From the NCBI GenBank assembly GCA_035573355.1, contig DATMZV010000020.1, forward strand, positions 5,917 to 69,916: a DNA stretch of 64,000 nt, written 5' to 3'. The notes under the pieces were generated by a model that saw nothing but the letters and a program-made list of their open reading frames with translations, ran no database searches and was not told the DNA's origin. How positions within the stretch are numbered: the first letter of the stretch is position 1; every line of letters starts with the position of its first letter. The position numbers were made by a program, and so were the translations under genes. Below are positions 1 to 8,800 of the stretch, piece after piece. The DNA comes from Gaiellaceae bacterium (GTDB lineage: Bacteria; Actinomycetota; Thermoleophilia; Gaiellales; Gaiellaceae).

Positions 1-339
1 ATCATCCTGCTCGACTCGTACGGCGGCGCGATCAACCGCGTGAAGAAGGATGCGACGGCCTTCGTCCATCGCGATGCACTGTTCTCGATGCAGTACCTCG
101 CGTACTGGGACGCAGCCGCCGCGGCCGAGCCGAACCTGCGCTGGCTGAAAAGCTTCTACGCGGCGATGCGGCCCCACGTCTCGCCGTTTGCGTATCAGAA
201 CTACATCGACCCCGACCTGCCGAAGTGGGGTCGCGCGTACTACGGAACGAATCTCGACCGGCTGATCGCGGTCAAGCGCAAGTACGACCCGCAGAACGTC
301 TTCAGGTTCAGCCAGAGCATCCCGGTCAGGCGGGGCTGA
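1..339 (+). CDS. FAD-linked oxidase, C-terminal berberine-bridge (BBE) domain; 5' end cut by window edge
   Basis: Frame 1 is open from base 1 ([25 protein letters not shown]...). The tail YQNYIDPDL...[20 protein letters not shown] is BBE-like and parallels the tail of the 11716..13056 product. Confidence 0.8.
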   Translation: MILLDSYGGAINRVKKDATAFVHRDALFSMQYLAYWDAAAAAEPNLRWLKSFYAAMRPHVSPFAYQNYIDPDLPKWGRAYYGTNLDRLIAVKRKYDPQNVFRFSQSIPVRRG

Positions 340-1888
340 GCGGGAGCTGCGCGGTCACGAGCGTGCCCTTGCCCGGCGGGCTGATCACGAAGAGGGTGCC
401 GCCCACAGCCTCCGCGCGATCGCGCAGGCCGAGGATTCCGGTACCGCTCGCCGGATCTGCACCGCCGCGACCGTCGTCCGTGATCTCGAAGCGCAGAACG
501 TCGTCATCCAGCTGGATCGTCACCTTCGCCTTCGTTGCCTCTGCGTGTCTTGCGACATTGGTCAGTGCTTCGAGGACGACGTAGTACACCGTCGCCTCGA
601 TGTTCTCCGGCAGCCGGACGTCCGGCACGGAGATGTCGACCTCGATCGGGAGTTTCTGCACAGCCGCCGTGATCGCGGGGCCGAGTCCCTGCTCTGTCAG
701 CGCGGCCGGGTGCAGGCCGCGGGCGAGCTCGCGCAGTTCCGCGAGTGCCAGGTCGAGCTCGTTCGCGGCCCCCTCGAGCGAGGCCGCAACAGCTTCCGGG
801 TTGGTCTCGAGCTGCCGGCGGGCGAGCCGGATCGTCAGCGCCAGTGAGACGAGGCGTTGCTGTGCGCCGTCGTGCAGGTTGCGTTCGAGCTTTCGGCGCT
901 GCACGTCGCCGGCCTTGACGAGCCGCGCCCGGGATGCGCTCAGGTCCTCACGTGCCTGCGCGCTCGCGACGGCGAGGGAGACGAGCTCACAAAATGCGCT
1001 GAGCCGCCCTTCTGTGTCAGCCGGCAGGGGTTCGGCGCTCGCGATTCCGACGGCGCCCCACATGATTCCCGCCACGATGATCGGTGCCGACACGCTCGAG
1101 CGATAGCCCATGAGCCGCATGTTGTCCGCGGTTTGTCCGGTCCTGTTGGTGTAGTCGTGGATGCGCGCCGGTGCGCCGGTCTGCAGGACACGGCCGATGC
1201 CGGTGTTCTCGTCGGCGGGCAGTCGTAGGCCGAGGGTGAACGCGTCCTCATCTCCCACTCGGCTGTGTCGCCCCACGATCGTCGCCGTGTCGTCTCCCTC
1301 GTAGCGAAAGACGGCGGAGGCATCCACCTCGAGCACGCGTGCGCATTCCTCCGAGACCGCGGTGAAGACACGTTCGGGGCTCGCTTCGGATGCGACCAGG
1401 GTGGCGACTCTCCGAAGCGCACGCTGTTCCTGCGCGAGGCGTCCGACCTCGTGGAGCTTCGCCTCGGCATCGAAGTCGAAAGCGCCCCGATCCGAGGCGC
1501 CCTTCGGGGGTGCGCTCAGATCGATTCCGGCCGTCACCAGGATCGATGATGCGCCGTCCTCTCCGGGCATCAGCTTGTTCGACCAGGCAACGAGCTTCCG
1601 TCCTCCGTCTTTCGTCAGCCAGTGCCCGACCTGAGGGCTCGCGAGGCCGGTCTTCCAGATGTACGCGAGCACCTCGCTGAAGGCCTCTGCTTCCTCCGGA
1701 GGGATGACGAGCTCGCGGGCGTCGCGCCCGACCGCCTCGGCGCGGGTAAAACCGGTCAGCCGCTCGCAGGCCTCGTTGAAGAACAGGATCCGTCCGTCCT
1801 CGCCCAGGACGCAGACGAGCGACATCGTCGTCTCGGTGAGGACTCGGGCGAAGTCGTCCCCGAGGACGAAGTCAGGAGTCTGAGACAT
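326..1888 (-). CDS. Cytoplasmic sensor histidine kinase, PAS + GAF + HisKA_3 + HATPase_c; no adjacent response regulator
   Basis: 520-aa ORF. PAS-like N-terminus ([23 protein letters not shown]), central GAF-like region, H-box [11 protein letters not shown], ATPase G-boxes ([16 protein letters not shown]). Confidence 0.85.
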   Translation of the reverse strand: MSQTPDFVLGDDFARVLTETTMSLVCVLGEDGRILFFNEACERLTGFTRAEAVGRDARELVIPPEEAEAFSEVLAYIWKTGLASPQVGHWLTKDGGRKLVAWSNKLMPGEDGASSILVTAGIDLSAPPKGASDRGAFDFDAEAKLHEVGRLAQEQRALRRVATLVASEASPERVFTAVSEECARVLEVDASAVFRYEGDDTATIVGRHSRVGDEDAFTLGLRLPADENTGIGRVLQTGAPARIHDYTNRTGQTADNMRLMGYRSSVSAPIIVAGIMWGAVGIASAEPLPADTEGRLSAFCELVSLAVASAQAREDLSASRARLVKAGDVQRRKLERNLHDGAQQRLVSLALTIRLARRQLETNPEAVAASLEGAANELDLALAELRELARGLHPAALTEQGLGPAITAAVQKLPIEVDISVPDVRLPENIEATVYYVVLEALTNVARHAEATKAKVTIQLDDDVLRFEITDDGRGGADPASGTGILGLRDRAEAVGGTLFVISPPGKGTLVTAQLPLSPA

Positions 1889-2174
1889 CGAACAGCGTCA
1901 CTTCGTAGTCCTCGAGTGCGAGCCGCGTGCCGCCCACGGTCTCCGTCGTCAGCTCGCCCAGCTTCTTCCCGGCGTCGGCGCTCGCCTGCAGGGATTCCTC
2001 GTCGGCCCAGAGGGTGATGACGAGCGTCTTGCCGGCGCTTGGGCTCGCGAGCCTGATCAGGCCGCGGAAGCCCGAGCTGTCCCGGAGCCAGGGCAGGAGC
2101 TGGTCGCGGACGATCTCCAGCCCGAGATCATGCTGCTCGGGGGTCGTCTGGAGGACGTGCATGCGCGCGAACAC
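1872..2174 (-). CDS. Small ABM/Dabb-like protein (putative monooxygenase fold)
   Basis: 100-aa ORF whose 3' end overlaps the kinase start by 17 nt, so probably co-transcribed. Only weak fold-level resemblance, no diagnostic motif. Confidence 0.5.
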   Translation of the reverse strand: MFARMHVLQTTPEQHDLGLEIVRDQLLPWLRDSSGFRGLIRLASPSAGKTLVITLWADEESLQASADAGKKLGELTTETVGGTRLALEDYEVTLFDVSDS

Positions 2175-2196
2175 GCTGTGGTTTTACACTGTCGCC

Positions 2197-2577
2197 ATGG
2201 AGTTCGTGCCGCGTCTCGCTATTGCCTGGGCGATCAACCTCGCCGCCCTGTGGGTCGCGAACGCGATTTGGGACGGCGTCCAGATCCACGGGTGGGCGGG
2301 ATACCTCATCGGCTCGGCGGTCCTGGGGGTCGCCAACGCCGTGCTGAAGCCGTTGCTCGCCATCCTCACCTTGCCCCTGATCCTCGTGACACTCGGCTTC
2401 TTCTACCTGCTCATCAACATCGCAATGGTCGCGCTCGCCGAGTGGATCGCGCCGAACTTCTCGATCGACGGGTTCTGGGCCTACGTCGGGACTGTCGTCG
2501 TCGTCTGGGCCGTCAACTGGATCGGCGGCCAGGTCATCGGCGACGTGGAACAACGTCGTCGTCCGCGCCTGACCTAG
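2197..2577 (+). CDS. DUF360/phage-holin-4-like small membrane protein
   Basis: Internal ATG at 2197 of ORF 1927..2577. Four hydrophobic helices (e.g. LILVTLGFFYLLINIAMVAL, YVGTVVVVWAVNWIGG). The upstream part of the listed ORF overlaps opposite-strand genes. Confidence 0.6.
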   Translation: MEFVPRLAIAWAINLAALWVANAIWDGVQIHGWAGYLIGSAVLGVANAVLKPLLAILTLPLILVTLGFFYLLINIAMVALAEWIAPNFSIDGFWAYVGTVVVVWAVNWIGGQVIGDVEQRRRPRLT

Positions 2578-2586
2578 CCTCGAGGC

Positions 2587-3060
2587 TCAGTCCCAGAAGC
2601 CGTCGTGGACAGCGGCAGACTCCTTCGGCAGATGGGGTCCGCTGACCTCGACAGGATGGTCGCCCCGTGCAAAGACCTCGCGGGACGAGAGCTGGAGCTG
2701 CATGTTCTCGGGATTGCCCGCACTGATGGCGTGAATCTGCTCCTGGCTGAAGCCGAAGACGACGCTCCTGATGTTCCCCCAGTAGATCGCGCCCGCGCAC
2801 ATCGCACAGGGCTCGGTGCTGGTGAAGAGGGTGCAGCGACCGAGGAAGTCGCGGTCGAAGCGGGCGGTCGCCATCCGTATGAGGTTCGTCTCGGCGTGAG
2901 CCGTCACGTCCTTGTCCGTTCGCACGGTGTTCTCTGCCTCGAGCACGACATTGCCCTTCGCGTCCACCAGCAGCGCGCCGAAGGGATGGTTGCCGTGCTC
3001 TCGTGCCAGGCGCGCAAGCTCGATCGCGCGGCGGAGAAGCTGCCGGTTGCCGTTGCTCAT
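2587..3060 (-). CDS. CMP/dCMP-type zinc deaminase (guanine/nucleoside deaminase, TadA-like)
   Basis: 157 aa with HAE (HAETNLI) and PCxxC (TEPCAMCAGAIYW) zinc-binding motifs. Confidence 0.8.
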   Translation of the reverse strand: MSNGNRQLLRRAIELARLAREHGNHPFGALLVDAKGNVVLEAENTVRTDKDVTAHAETNLIRMATARFDRDFLGRCTLFTSTEPCAMCAGAIYWGNIRSVVFGFSQEQIHAISAGNPENMQLQLSSREVFARGDHPVEVSGPHLPKESAAVHDGFWD

Positions 3061-3317
3061 CGGCGTCGAAGATATCGCTGCAGCAACGAGGGTCGCCGCG
3101 GTTGGGTCGCGCGCCAGTCGTCGTAGGTCTTGAAGGTGCCTGCCTTACGGGCTCGGGCGACGCACTCGGTGTGGGCGTGCCGGCGGCGTTCGGCGTCGTT
3201 CTCCGGCGCCATCACGACGTGCTCGCTCATGGCGTGCAGTCGCTGCCCGCAGAGCGGGCAGGTGTACGTCGCCGGCTTGCTGCTGTGCGCGCGGCGCACC
3301 GCCCACCACTCGGTCAT
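3057..3317 (-). CDS. Small hypothetical protein with Cys/His cluster
   Basis: Last 86 aa of ORF 3057..3917 (MTEWW...YTCPLCGQRLH...HAHTEC). ATG at 3317 overlaps the upstream ADH stop as ATGA. The rest of the listed ORF is an Arg-rich shadow frame. Confidence 0.5.
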   Translation of the reverse strand: MTEWWAVRRAHSSKPATYTCPLCGQRLHAMSEHVVMAPENDAERRRHAHTECVARARKAGTFKTYDDWRATQPRRPSLLQRYLRRR

Positions 3318-4420
3318 GCGAAGTCGATGACGCTGCGGATTCCGTCCTGCGCTTCCATCAGCTCGAAGCCGCGGTTGACGTCGTCGAGCGTGAGCTTGTG
3401 GGAGACGAACGAGTCGACGTCGATCTCGCCCGCGAGGTAGCGGTCGACGAACTGCGGAACCTGGTCGCGACCCTTGACGCCGCCGAACGACGAGCCCGCG
3501 ACCCGGCGGCCGGTGATCAGGAACCTCGGCACGATGTCCAGCGTCTCGCCCTTGCCCGCGACGCCGCACATCGTCGCGAGGCCCCAGCCCATCCGTGCAG
3601 ACTCGACCGCCTGCCGCATCACGTTCACGTTGCCGGTCGCCTCGAACGTGTAGTCCGCGCCCATCCCTCCGGTCAGCTCGAGGATCTGTTCGACGATGTC
3701 CGGGCCACCGAGGAGCTCCTCCGTCGCGCCGTGCCGGCGCGCGAGCATGAGCCGCTCTCCCGACAGGTCGACGCAGACGATCCGTTCGGCGCCCTGGAGC
3801 CGGCAGCCGACGACTGCGCCGAGGCCGACCATGCCCGCGCCGAAGACCACGCAGGTCGATCCGGGCGCGACCTTGGCCGTGTTCATCGCCGCGCCGATCC
3901 CGGTCGAGAGGCCGCACGCGAACAGACAGGCCCGATCGAGCGGCGCCTCGGGGTCGATCTTGGCGAGGGCGATCTCCGGCATCACCGTGTACTCCGCGAA
4001 CGTCGACGTGCCCATGAAGTGGCGGATCGGCTCACCGCCTCGGGAGAGGCGTGTCGTGCCGTCGGGAAGGTGTCCTTGGTTCTGTTGCTCGCGGATCGCA
4101 AGGCAGAGGTTCGTGCGGTGGTCGTGACAGTGCACGCATTCCCGGCACTGCGGTGAAAAGAGCGTGACGACGTGGTCGCCGGGCTCGACATCGGAGACGC
4201 CGTCGCCGATCGCCTCGACCACACCGGCGCCCTCGTGTCCGAGGACAGTCGGCGAGTAACCGGAGGGATCCGCGCCCGACGCCGTGTAGAGATCGGTGTG
4301 GCAGACGCCGCAGGCGACGAGGCGCACGAGCGCTTCGCCAGCTCGTGGCTCGGCGAGATCGAGCTCCTGAACCTCGAGGGGAGCCCCGAAGTCCTCCAGG
4401 ACTGCGGCCCGGATCTTCAT
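3314..4420 (-). CDS. Zn-dependent class III alcohol dehydrogenase / S-(hydroxymethyl)mycothiol dehydrogenase-like
   Basis: 368 aa. Catalytic Zn motif GVCHTDL...GHEGAGVV, structural Zn cluster CRECVHCHDHRTNLC, Rossmann VFGAGMVGLG. Confidence 0.9.
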   Translation of the reverse strand: MKIRAAVLEDFGAPLEVQELDLAEPRAGEALVRLVACGVCHTDLYTASGADPSGYSPTVLGHEGAGVVEAIGDGVSDVEPGDHVVTLFSPQCRECVHCHDHRTNLCLAIREQQNQGHLPDGTTRLSRGGEPIRHFMGTSTFAEYTVMPEIALAKIDPEAPLDRACLFACGLSTGIGAAMNTAKVAPGSTCVVFGAGMVGLGAVVGCRLQGAERIVCVDLSGERLMLARRHGATEELLGGPDIVEQILELTGGMGADYTFEATGNVNVMRQAVESARMGWGLATMCGVAGKGETLDIVPRFLITGRRVAGSSFGGVKGRDQVPQFVDRYLAGEIDVDSFVSHKLTLDDVNRGFELMEAQDGIRSVIDFA

Positions 4421-4436
4421 CGGTTACGAGCGAGCC

Positions 4437-4709
4437 CTAGGCCGCGGCGAAGCGCTTCGCGGCTCGCGCGCGAGCCCGTTCCGCTTCGACCTCGCGGTCC
4501 TTCGGAGCCGCAGACGTGACGAGTGCGTCGAGCATTCGCTGCGAGGCCGCGGCGACCTCGTCGACCGCACGCGCGAATGCTTCCTCGTTCGCCTGCGACG
4601 GCTTCGTGAAGCCGCTGATCTTGCGGACGAATTGCAGCGAGGCGTCGCGAATCTCGTCTTCCGTTGCGGGAGGCTCGAAGTTGAACAGGGTGTGAATGTT
4701 TCGGCACAT
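4437..4709 (-). CDS. DUF2277-like small protein
   Basis: C-terminal 90 aa (MCRNIHTLFNFEPPATEDEIRDASLQFVRKISG...) of the 636-aa shadow ORF 4437..6347. Confidence 0.6.
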   Translation of the reverse strand: MCRNIHTLFNFEPPATEDEIRDASLQFVRKISGFTKPSQANEEAFARAVDEVAAASQRMLDALVTSAAPKDREVEAERARARAAKRFAAA

Positions 4710-4754
4710 GGCCGCAATCCTAATGGGCCGCTCACTTCGCCTTAACGTCGCGCC

Positions 4755-4928
4755 GTGACCGTGATCACGACGGGCCTGCACGCGACCCGGATGCCGGTTT
4801 CCGAGCTGGCACAGATCGTCGCGGGCAAGAACCCGAAGCACCGGAGCCTCTTCGAGCCCAAGAGTCCGTTCTGGATCCGCGTCGCGTCCGACCCGCCCCT
4901 GGCTCTGGACCAGCAGTACTCGCCCTAG
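4755..4928 (+). CDS. Unlisted small ORF (57 aa), hypothetical
   Basis: GTG at 4755 to TAG at 4926-4928, read by hand and below the ORF-track cutoff. Third codon positions are almost all G/C, as in real genes here. No recognisable motif; ATG 4791 is an alternative start. Confidence 0.25.
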   Translation: MTVITTGLHATRMPVSELAQIVAGKNPKHRSLFEPKSPFWIRVASDPPLALDQQYSP

Positions 4929-5626
4929 CCGATCGCGAAGGTCACCGTCACCGTCGCTTCGATCTCCTGAGTTCCCGGCTCGATCGGCACGGCCGAGTCC
5001 TTCGCGCCCAGGGGTAGGGGCACGGCACCTCCGCCGCCTTCGACGATGGCGGTGATCTTGCCGAGGGTCGCGCTCGATGCGCTCGCGAGTGTTTCCGCCT
5101 TCGTGCGCGCCTGTGCGACTGCTGCCTTCAGGGCGGTGCGGTAGGCAGCGTCCTGATCGGATGCGAGCAGATTGGGACCGGACACCTGATTCGCGCCGGC
5201 ACCGACGGCCGCGTCGACGACGTCGCCTGCATCGCCGAGCTTGCGGATCGTCGCCGTGACGGTGTTCGACGCCGTATAGCCGACGATGTCGTTCCCGTTG
5301 TCGTTCATCCGCGGAGAGAGCGAGACGTCGGAGGTCTGGAGGTCGGCCTGCGCCACGCCGGCCTTTTTGAGGGCGGCGATGACGCGGGCGACGGCCTGTG
5401 AGCTTGCCGCGAGCGCCGCGTTCGCGGTCTGAGCCTGGCTGACGGTCCCGAATGCGAACGAGGCACGATCCGGCGTGACGTTCGCGGAGCCGGTGCCGAG
5501 CACGGTGATGCCGCCGGCTGTCTCGTCGCCGGGCGCGCTGCTTGCGCCCGACGGCTGGAAGACTCCGGCGAAGGCGGCGACGGCCAGAGCGGCGGCCGCC
5601 AATAGAGCGATGCGAGCAAGCTTCAT
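4925..5626 (-). CDS. SIMPL/DUF541-family secreted protein
   Basis: 233 aa. Signal peptide MKLARIALLAAAALAVAAFAG, then ITVLGTGSANVTPDRASFAFGTVSQAQTANAAL, typical of SIMPL. RBS GAAGGAG upstream. Confidence 0.8.
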   Translation of the reverse strand: MKLARIALLAAAALAVAAFAGVFQPSGASSAPGDETAGGITVLGTGSANVTPDRASFAFGTVSQAQTANAALAASSQAVARVIAALKKAGVAQADLQTSDVSLSPRMNDNGNDIVGYTASNTVTATIRKLGDAGDVVDAAVGAGANQVSGPNLLASDQDAAYRTALKAAVAQARTKAETLASASSATLGKITAIVEGGGGAVPLPLGAKDSAVPIEPGTQEIEATVTVTFAIG

Positions 5627-5644
5627 GAGGCTCTCCTTCGGGTT

Positions 5645-5669
5645 GTCTGCGACGTAGTACGTCGCAGAC
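5645..5669. promoter_or_regulatory. Perfect 12-1-12 palindrome in the SIMPL gene leader
   Basis: GTCTGCGACGTA-G-TACGTCGCAGAC, ending 18 nt upstream of the SIMPL start codon, in a divergent intergenic region. Confidence 0.4.
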
Positions 5670-5846
5670 CCCCACGATCCTCACATCACACCGGTTTGAT
5701 CCGCGGAGAGTCGGCCCACTACCGGCACTAACTCGCGCGTAACGCCGTTTCTCCACAGTCGTCCGCTTCGGCCACTGGTTTGGGTCAAACCCCAAGACAC
5801 GCCAGTACCGGACTTGGCCCTGATGGATTGTGATCGAATCGCTTTG

Positions 5847-6893
5847 ATGGCTTCCTTCGAGGAGCTTCTGGAGAGCTGGAGCGGCGAGCAGGCGGTGATC
5901 CACCGCGATCGCGAGAGCGACGGCTGGATCTTCATCTGCATGCACTCGACGCAACTCGGCCCGGCCGCCGGCGGCACCCGCCTGAAGGTCTACGAGACCC
6001 CGGCCGACGGGCTCCGCGACGCGATGCGGCTCTCGGCCGGGATGACGGCGAAGCTTGCGGTTGCAGACCTCGGACTGGGGGGCGGCAAGGCCGTCCTCGC
6101 CGTCCCGGCAATTCCGCAGGGTGACGAGCGCCGCGCTCTTCTCCATCGCTACGGCGACATGGTGCAGTCGCTCGGCGGCGGGTTCATGACCAGCTCCGAC
6201 GTCGGCACCGGCGAGGCGGACATGGACGTGATCGCCGAGCGCACGGAGCACGTCTTCGGCCGCAGCCTGGCGGCCGGCGGTGCGGGCGATCCAGGGCCCT
6301 TTACCGCCGTCGGCGTCTTCCACGGGATCAAGGCGAGCGTCGCGCACTCCACCGGCTCGAACGATCTCGCCGGGCGCACCGTGCTCGTGCAGGGCGCGGG
6401 GAGCGTCGGCGGCGCGCTCGCGGAGCTGCTCGGTCGCGCAGGCGCCACCGTGCTGGTCGCCGATGTCGACGCGCAGCGAGCCCAGACCGTCGCGGCGTCA
6501 ATAGGCGGCTCGCCCGTCGACGCAGGGAAAGCGATCGGCACCGAGTGCGACGTGTACGCACCGTGCGCGCTCGGCGCGACGCTGAGCCTCGAGAGCGTGC
6601 CGCAGCTCCGCTGCCGGATCGTCGCCGGCTCGGCGAACAACCAGCTCGCGGAGCCGGAGGCGGCCGAGTTGCTGCGCGACGCAGGAATCCTGTACGCGCC
6701 GGACTACGTCATCAATGCCGGCGGTGCGATCGCGATCAACTTCCTCGAGTCGAACGGGCGGAGCCAGGCCGACGTCGATGCTGCACTCGAGAGGATCGGC
6801 GAGACGCTCGAGGAGATTTACACCCGCGCGGACACCGAAGGCATTACCACGGCGTCGGCGGCCGACTCATTGGCCGCCTCGCGTCTGTCGTAA
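5847..6893 (+). CDS. Glu/Leu/Phe/Val dehydrogenase family (leucine/valine dehydrogenase-like)
   Basis: Motifs AAGGTRL and GLGGGKAVL, NAD fold VLVQGAGSVGGALA. Start placed at MASFEELL (5847); the listed ORF starts at 5814. Confidence 0.85.
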   Translation: MASFEELLESWSGEQAVIHRDRESDGWIFICMHSTQLGPAAGGTRLKVYETPADGLRDAMRLSAGMTAKLAVADLGLGGGKAVLAVPAIPQGDERRALLHRYGDMVQSLGGGFMTSSDVGTGEADMDVIAERTEHVFGRSLAAGGAGDPGPFTAVGVFHGIKASVAHSTGSNDLAGRTVLVQGAGSVGGALAELLGRAGATVLVADVDAQRAQTVAASIGGSPVDAGKAIGTECDVYAPCALGATLSLESVPQLRCRIVAGSANNQLAEPEAAELLRDAGILYAPDYVINAGGAIAINFLESNGRSQADVDAALERIGETLEEIYTRADTEGITTASAADSLAASRLS

Positions 6894-6924
6894 CCCGTCG
6901 CGAGGCGGCCAACGTGAGTTGCAG

Positions 6925-7272
6925 CTACATGCCCTTGGCGAGCCCGACCACGTGTCCCTCGGGGTCGGCGAATAGCGCGATCGTGACCTCCGGGAGCTCC
7001 GTCACCGGCAGGATCGTCTTCCCGCCGAGCTGCTCGGCCTTGTCGAGGGTCGCCTGCGGGTCGTCGGTGCCGACGTAGAACGTGACGTGGCCGTTGCCGT
7101 CGGGCGACTGCCCGATGCCGCCGCCGATGCCGCCGTCTTCCTTCTCGATCATGGCGTACGGCATGTCACCCGGGATCTTCTGGGTCTTCCAGCCGAAGAG
7201 CTCGCCGTAGAACGCCTGGAGTGAGTCGAGATTCTTCCCCGACACTTCGAAATGCAGAACGGGATGTGTCAT
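6925..7272 (-). CDS. VOC/glyoxalase-bleomycin resistance family protein
   Basis: 115 aa. HFEV...FYGELFGW...VTFYV...FADPEGHVVGL pattern of the glyoxalase fold. Confidence 0.8.
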   Translation of the reverse strand: MTHPVLHFEVSGKNLDSLQAFYGELFGWKTQKIPGDMPYAMIEKEDGGIGGGIGQSPDGNGHVTFYVGTDDPQATLDKAEQLGGKTILPVTELPEVTIALFADPEGHVVGLAKGM

Positions 7273-7286
7273 TGCGTGTTCCTTTC

Positions 7287-7748
7287 CTACATCGACGGTG
7301 CGTTCTTGACCCAGGGGTCTTCACCCGGATCGCCGCCCGCGGCAGCGATCTCGAGGCGCGGCAGGTAGTGATCCCAGCCCTGTGAGTGGGACTCCGCGGA
7401 CTCGACGCTCGAGAGGGTGTGGACGAAGTGCAGAGTCGTCCCGTCTCCGTCGCGGGCGAGCTCGATCTCGACCGTCGACGAACCGGGCGGCGTGCGCTCC
7501 TCGTTCTCCCAACCCCAGGTGAAGACGAGGCGGTTCGGTGCATCGAGCTCGACGAATTCGCCTCGCGCGGTGTGTCCCGGGATGACCTCGCAGCGGTAGA
7601 GGCCGCCGGGCTGTGCCTCGAACGTGCAGGTCTGGCCCATCCAGCGCGTCGCCTTGTCAGGGTCGACGAGGAACTCCCAGACCGCCTCCGGGCTTGCATC
7701 GATCGAGAGGGTCCGCTCGACCGACATGGTCTCAGTGGTTGCGTCCAT
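7287..7748 (-). CDS. SRPBCC/AHSA1 (Aha1-like) domain protein
   Basis: 153 aa. Pattern ...ASPEAVWEFLVDPDKATRWMG.... Its start overlaps the arsR 3' end by 17 nt, the usual ArsR-SRPBCC pairing. Confidence 0.8.
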   Translation of the reverse strand: MDATTETMSVERTLSIDASPEAVWEFLVDPDKATRWMGQTCTFEAQPGGLYRCEVIPGHTARGEFVELDAPNRLVFTWGWENEERTPPGSSTVEIELARDGDGTTLHFVHTLSSVESAESHSQGWDHYLPRLEIAAAGGDPGEDPWVKNAPSM

Positions 7749-8052
7749 GTTTTTTCTTCTCCTCCTTTTCCACTTCGCGTTTGAGGGCGTCGAGCCGCAC
7801 GTCCCAGAACTCGGTGAGGAACTCCTTGAGGTCGGCGAGCCCCTCGGGACGTGCCCTGTACAAACGCCTCGTGCCGTTGCGTCGCTCGCTCACGAGCCCC
7901 GCCTCCTTGAGGACGTTCAGATGCTGGGAGACCGCCGGGCGAGTCACGTCGAAGTGGCTCGCGATCTCGCCGGCGCTGAGCTCGTCGTCTCGAACGAGCC
8001 GCAGGATCTGGCGGCGCCGGGGAGCAGCGATCGCTTTCAGGGCGGCTTCCAC
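7732..8052 (-). CDS. ArsR/SmtB-family transcriptional regulator
   Basis: 106 aa, GTG start. Winged HTH LSAGEIASHFDVTRPAVSQHLNVLKEAGLV. Confidence 0.85.
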   Translation of the reverse strand: MEAALKAIAAPRRRQILRLVRDDELSAGEIASHFDVTRPAVSQHLNVLKEAGLVSERRNGTRRLYRARPEGLADLKEFLTEFWDVRLDALKREVEKEEKKKHGRNH

Positions 8053-8060
8053 GGTCTCTA

Positions 8061-8094
8061 TGTAAGCATATTCTTACGTAAGAAGCAACTTACG
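8061..8094. promoter_or_regulatory. AT-rich repeat cluster, candidate ArsR operator
   Basis: TGTAAGCATATTCTTACGTAAGAAGCAACTTACG directly upstream of arsR. Perfect palindrome CTTACGTAAG (8073..8082) plus two further CTTAC(G/A) half-sites. Confidence 0.35.
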
Positions 8095-8752
8095 AACCGG
8101 CCTCGATCGAGATCTCCGGTTTCGAAGCCGGATTGAGCCAGCGGAGCACGCGGAGGAGAACCGGCCGCCGCAGGCTGATGCAGCCGCTCGTCGCCTTCCC
8201 GATCTGCACATGGAGGAAGATCCCCGACCCACGTCCGCGAACGACGGGATGCATGTTGTACTCGACCACTGCGAGATGCGCGTAGGCACGCGGCGACGTC
8301 GACATGTCGGGCGTCGTCACCTTGAACGGCGGCCGTCGGCCGCAACCGACGCGTTGGAACGTGTTGTACGCCGGCGACTTCGAGTCCTCGACCCACCAGT
8401 CCCCGCAGCGGAGGCGAACGTAGCGAAACGCAACGCCCGGATTCGGTGAGTTGCCGTACATCGTCCGGCCGATTGGAAAGAGCCCAGCCGGCGTCGAGCC
8501 GTCGCCCTCCCGTCGGTTGGCGCGGACCCCGTTCTTGCCGACCCGAGCGGTGTACGGACCGCCCGCCGGAAGCCAGCAACCGTCCTCGCCGCGGGCCCAG
8601 GTTCTGGTCGTCGCGTACGTCGACCGTGCGGTCGCGGCTCGAACGGTGATCAGTTGCCGCGAAGCCGCGTCGGCGGGAGTGGCGAGATCGTTCGCGAGAT
8701 TCGTGGGACACGTGGCCACCGCAATCGTCGCGAGCTGGACCGCCAGGAGCAT
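8090..8752 (-). CDS. L,D-transpeptidase (YkuD) family protein
   Basis: 220 aa, hydrophobic N-terminus. Catalytic motif GSGIFLHVQIGKATSGCISL (His...Gly-Cys). Confidence 0.75.
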   Translation of the reverse strand: MLLAVQLATIAVATCPTNLANDLATPADAASRQLITVRAATARSTYATTRTWARGEDGCWLPAGGPYTARVGKNGVRANRREGDGSTPAGLFPIGRTMYGNSPNPGVAFRYVRLRCGDWWVEDSKSPAYNTFQRVGCGRRPPFKVTTPDMSTSPRAYAHLAVVEYNMHPVVRGRGSGIFLHVQIGKATSGCISLRRPVLLRVLRWLNPASKPEISIEAGS

Positions 8753-8800
8753 CGGAGCACGTTATCGGCCGCTCGCGCGGAATAGGGTTCGGTCGAACGG

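Noticed and set aside
3318-3917. Upstream 200 codons of ORF 3057..3917
   Set aside because: This part lies in an alternative frame within the well-supported alcohol dehydrogenase gene (same strand) and is Arg-rich. Only the terminal 86 codons are non-overlapping and start with an ATGA coupling.
4437-6347. 636-aa ORF on the minus strand spanning the DUF2277, SIMPL and dehydrogenase region
   Set aside because: It has the Arg/Pro/Gly-rich composition typical of a high-GC shadow frame and runs across better-supported genes on both strands. Only its last 90 codons (DUF2277-like) look real.
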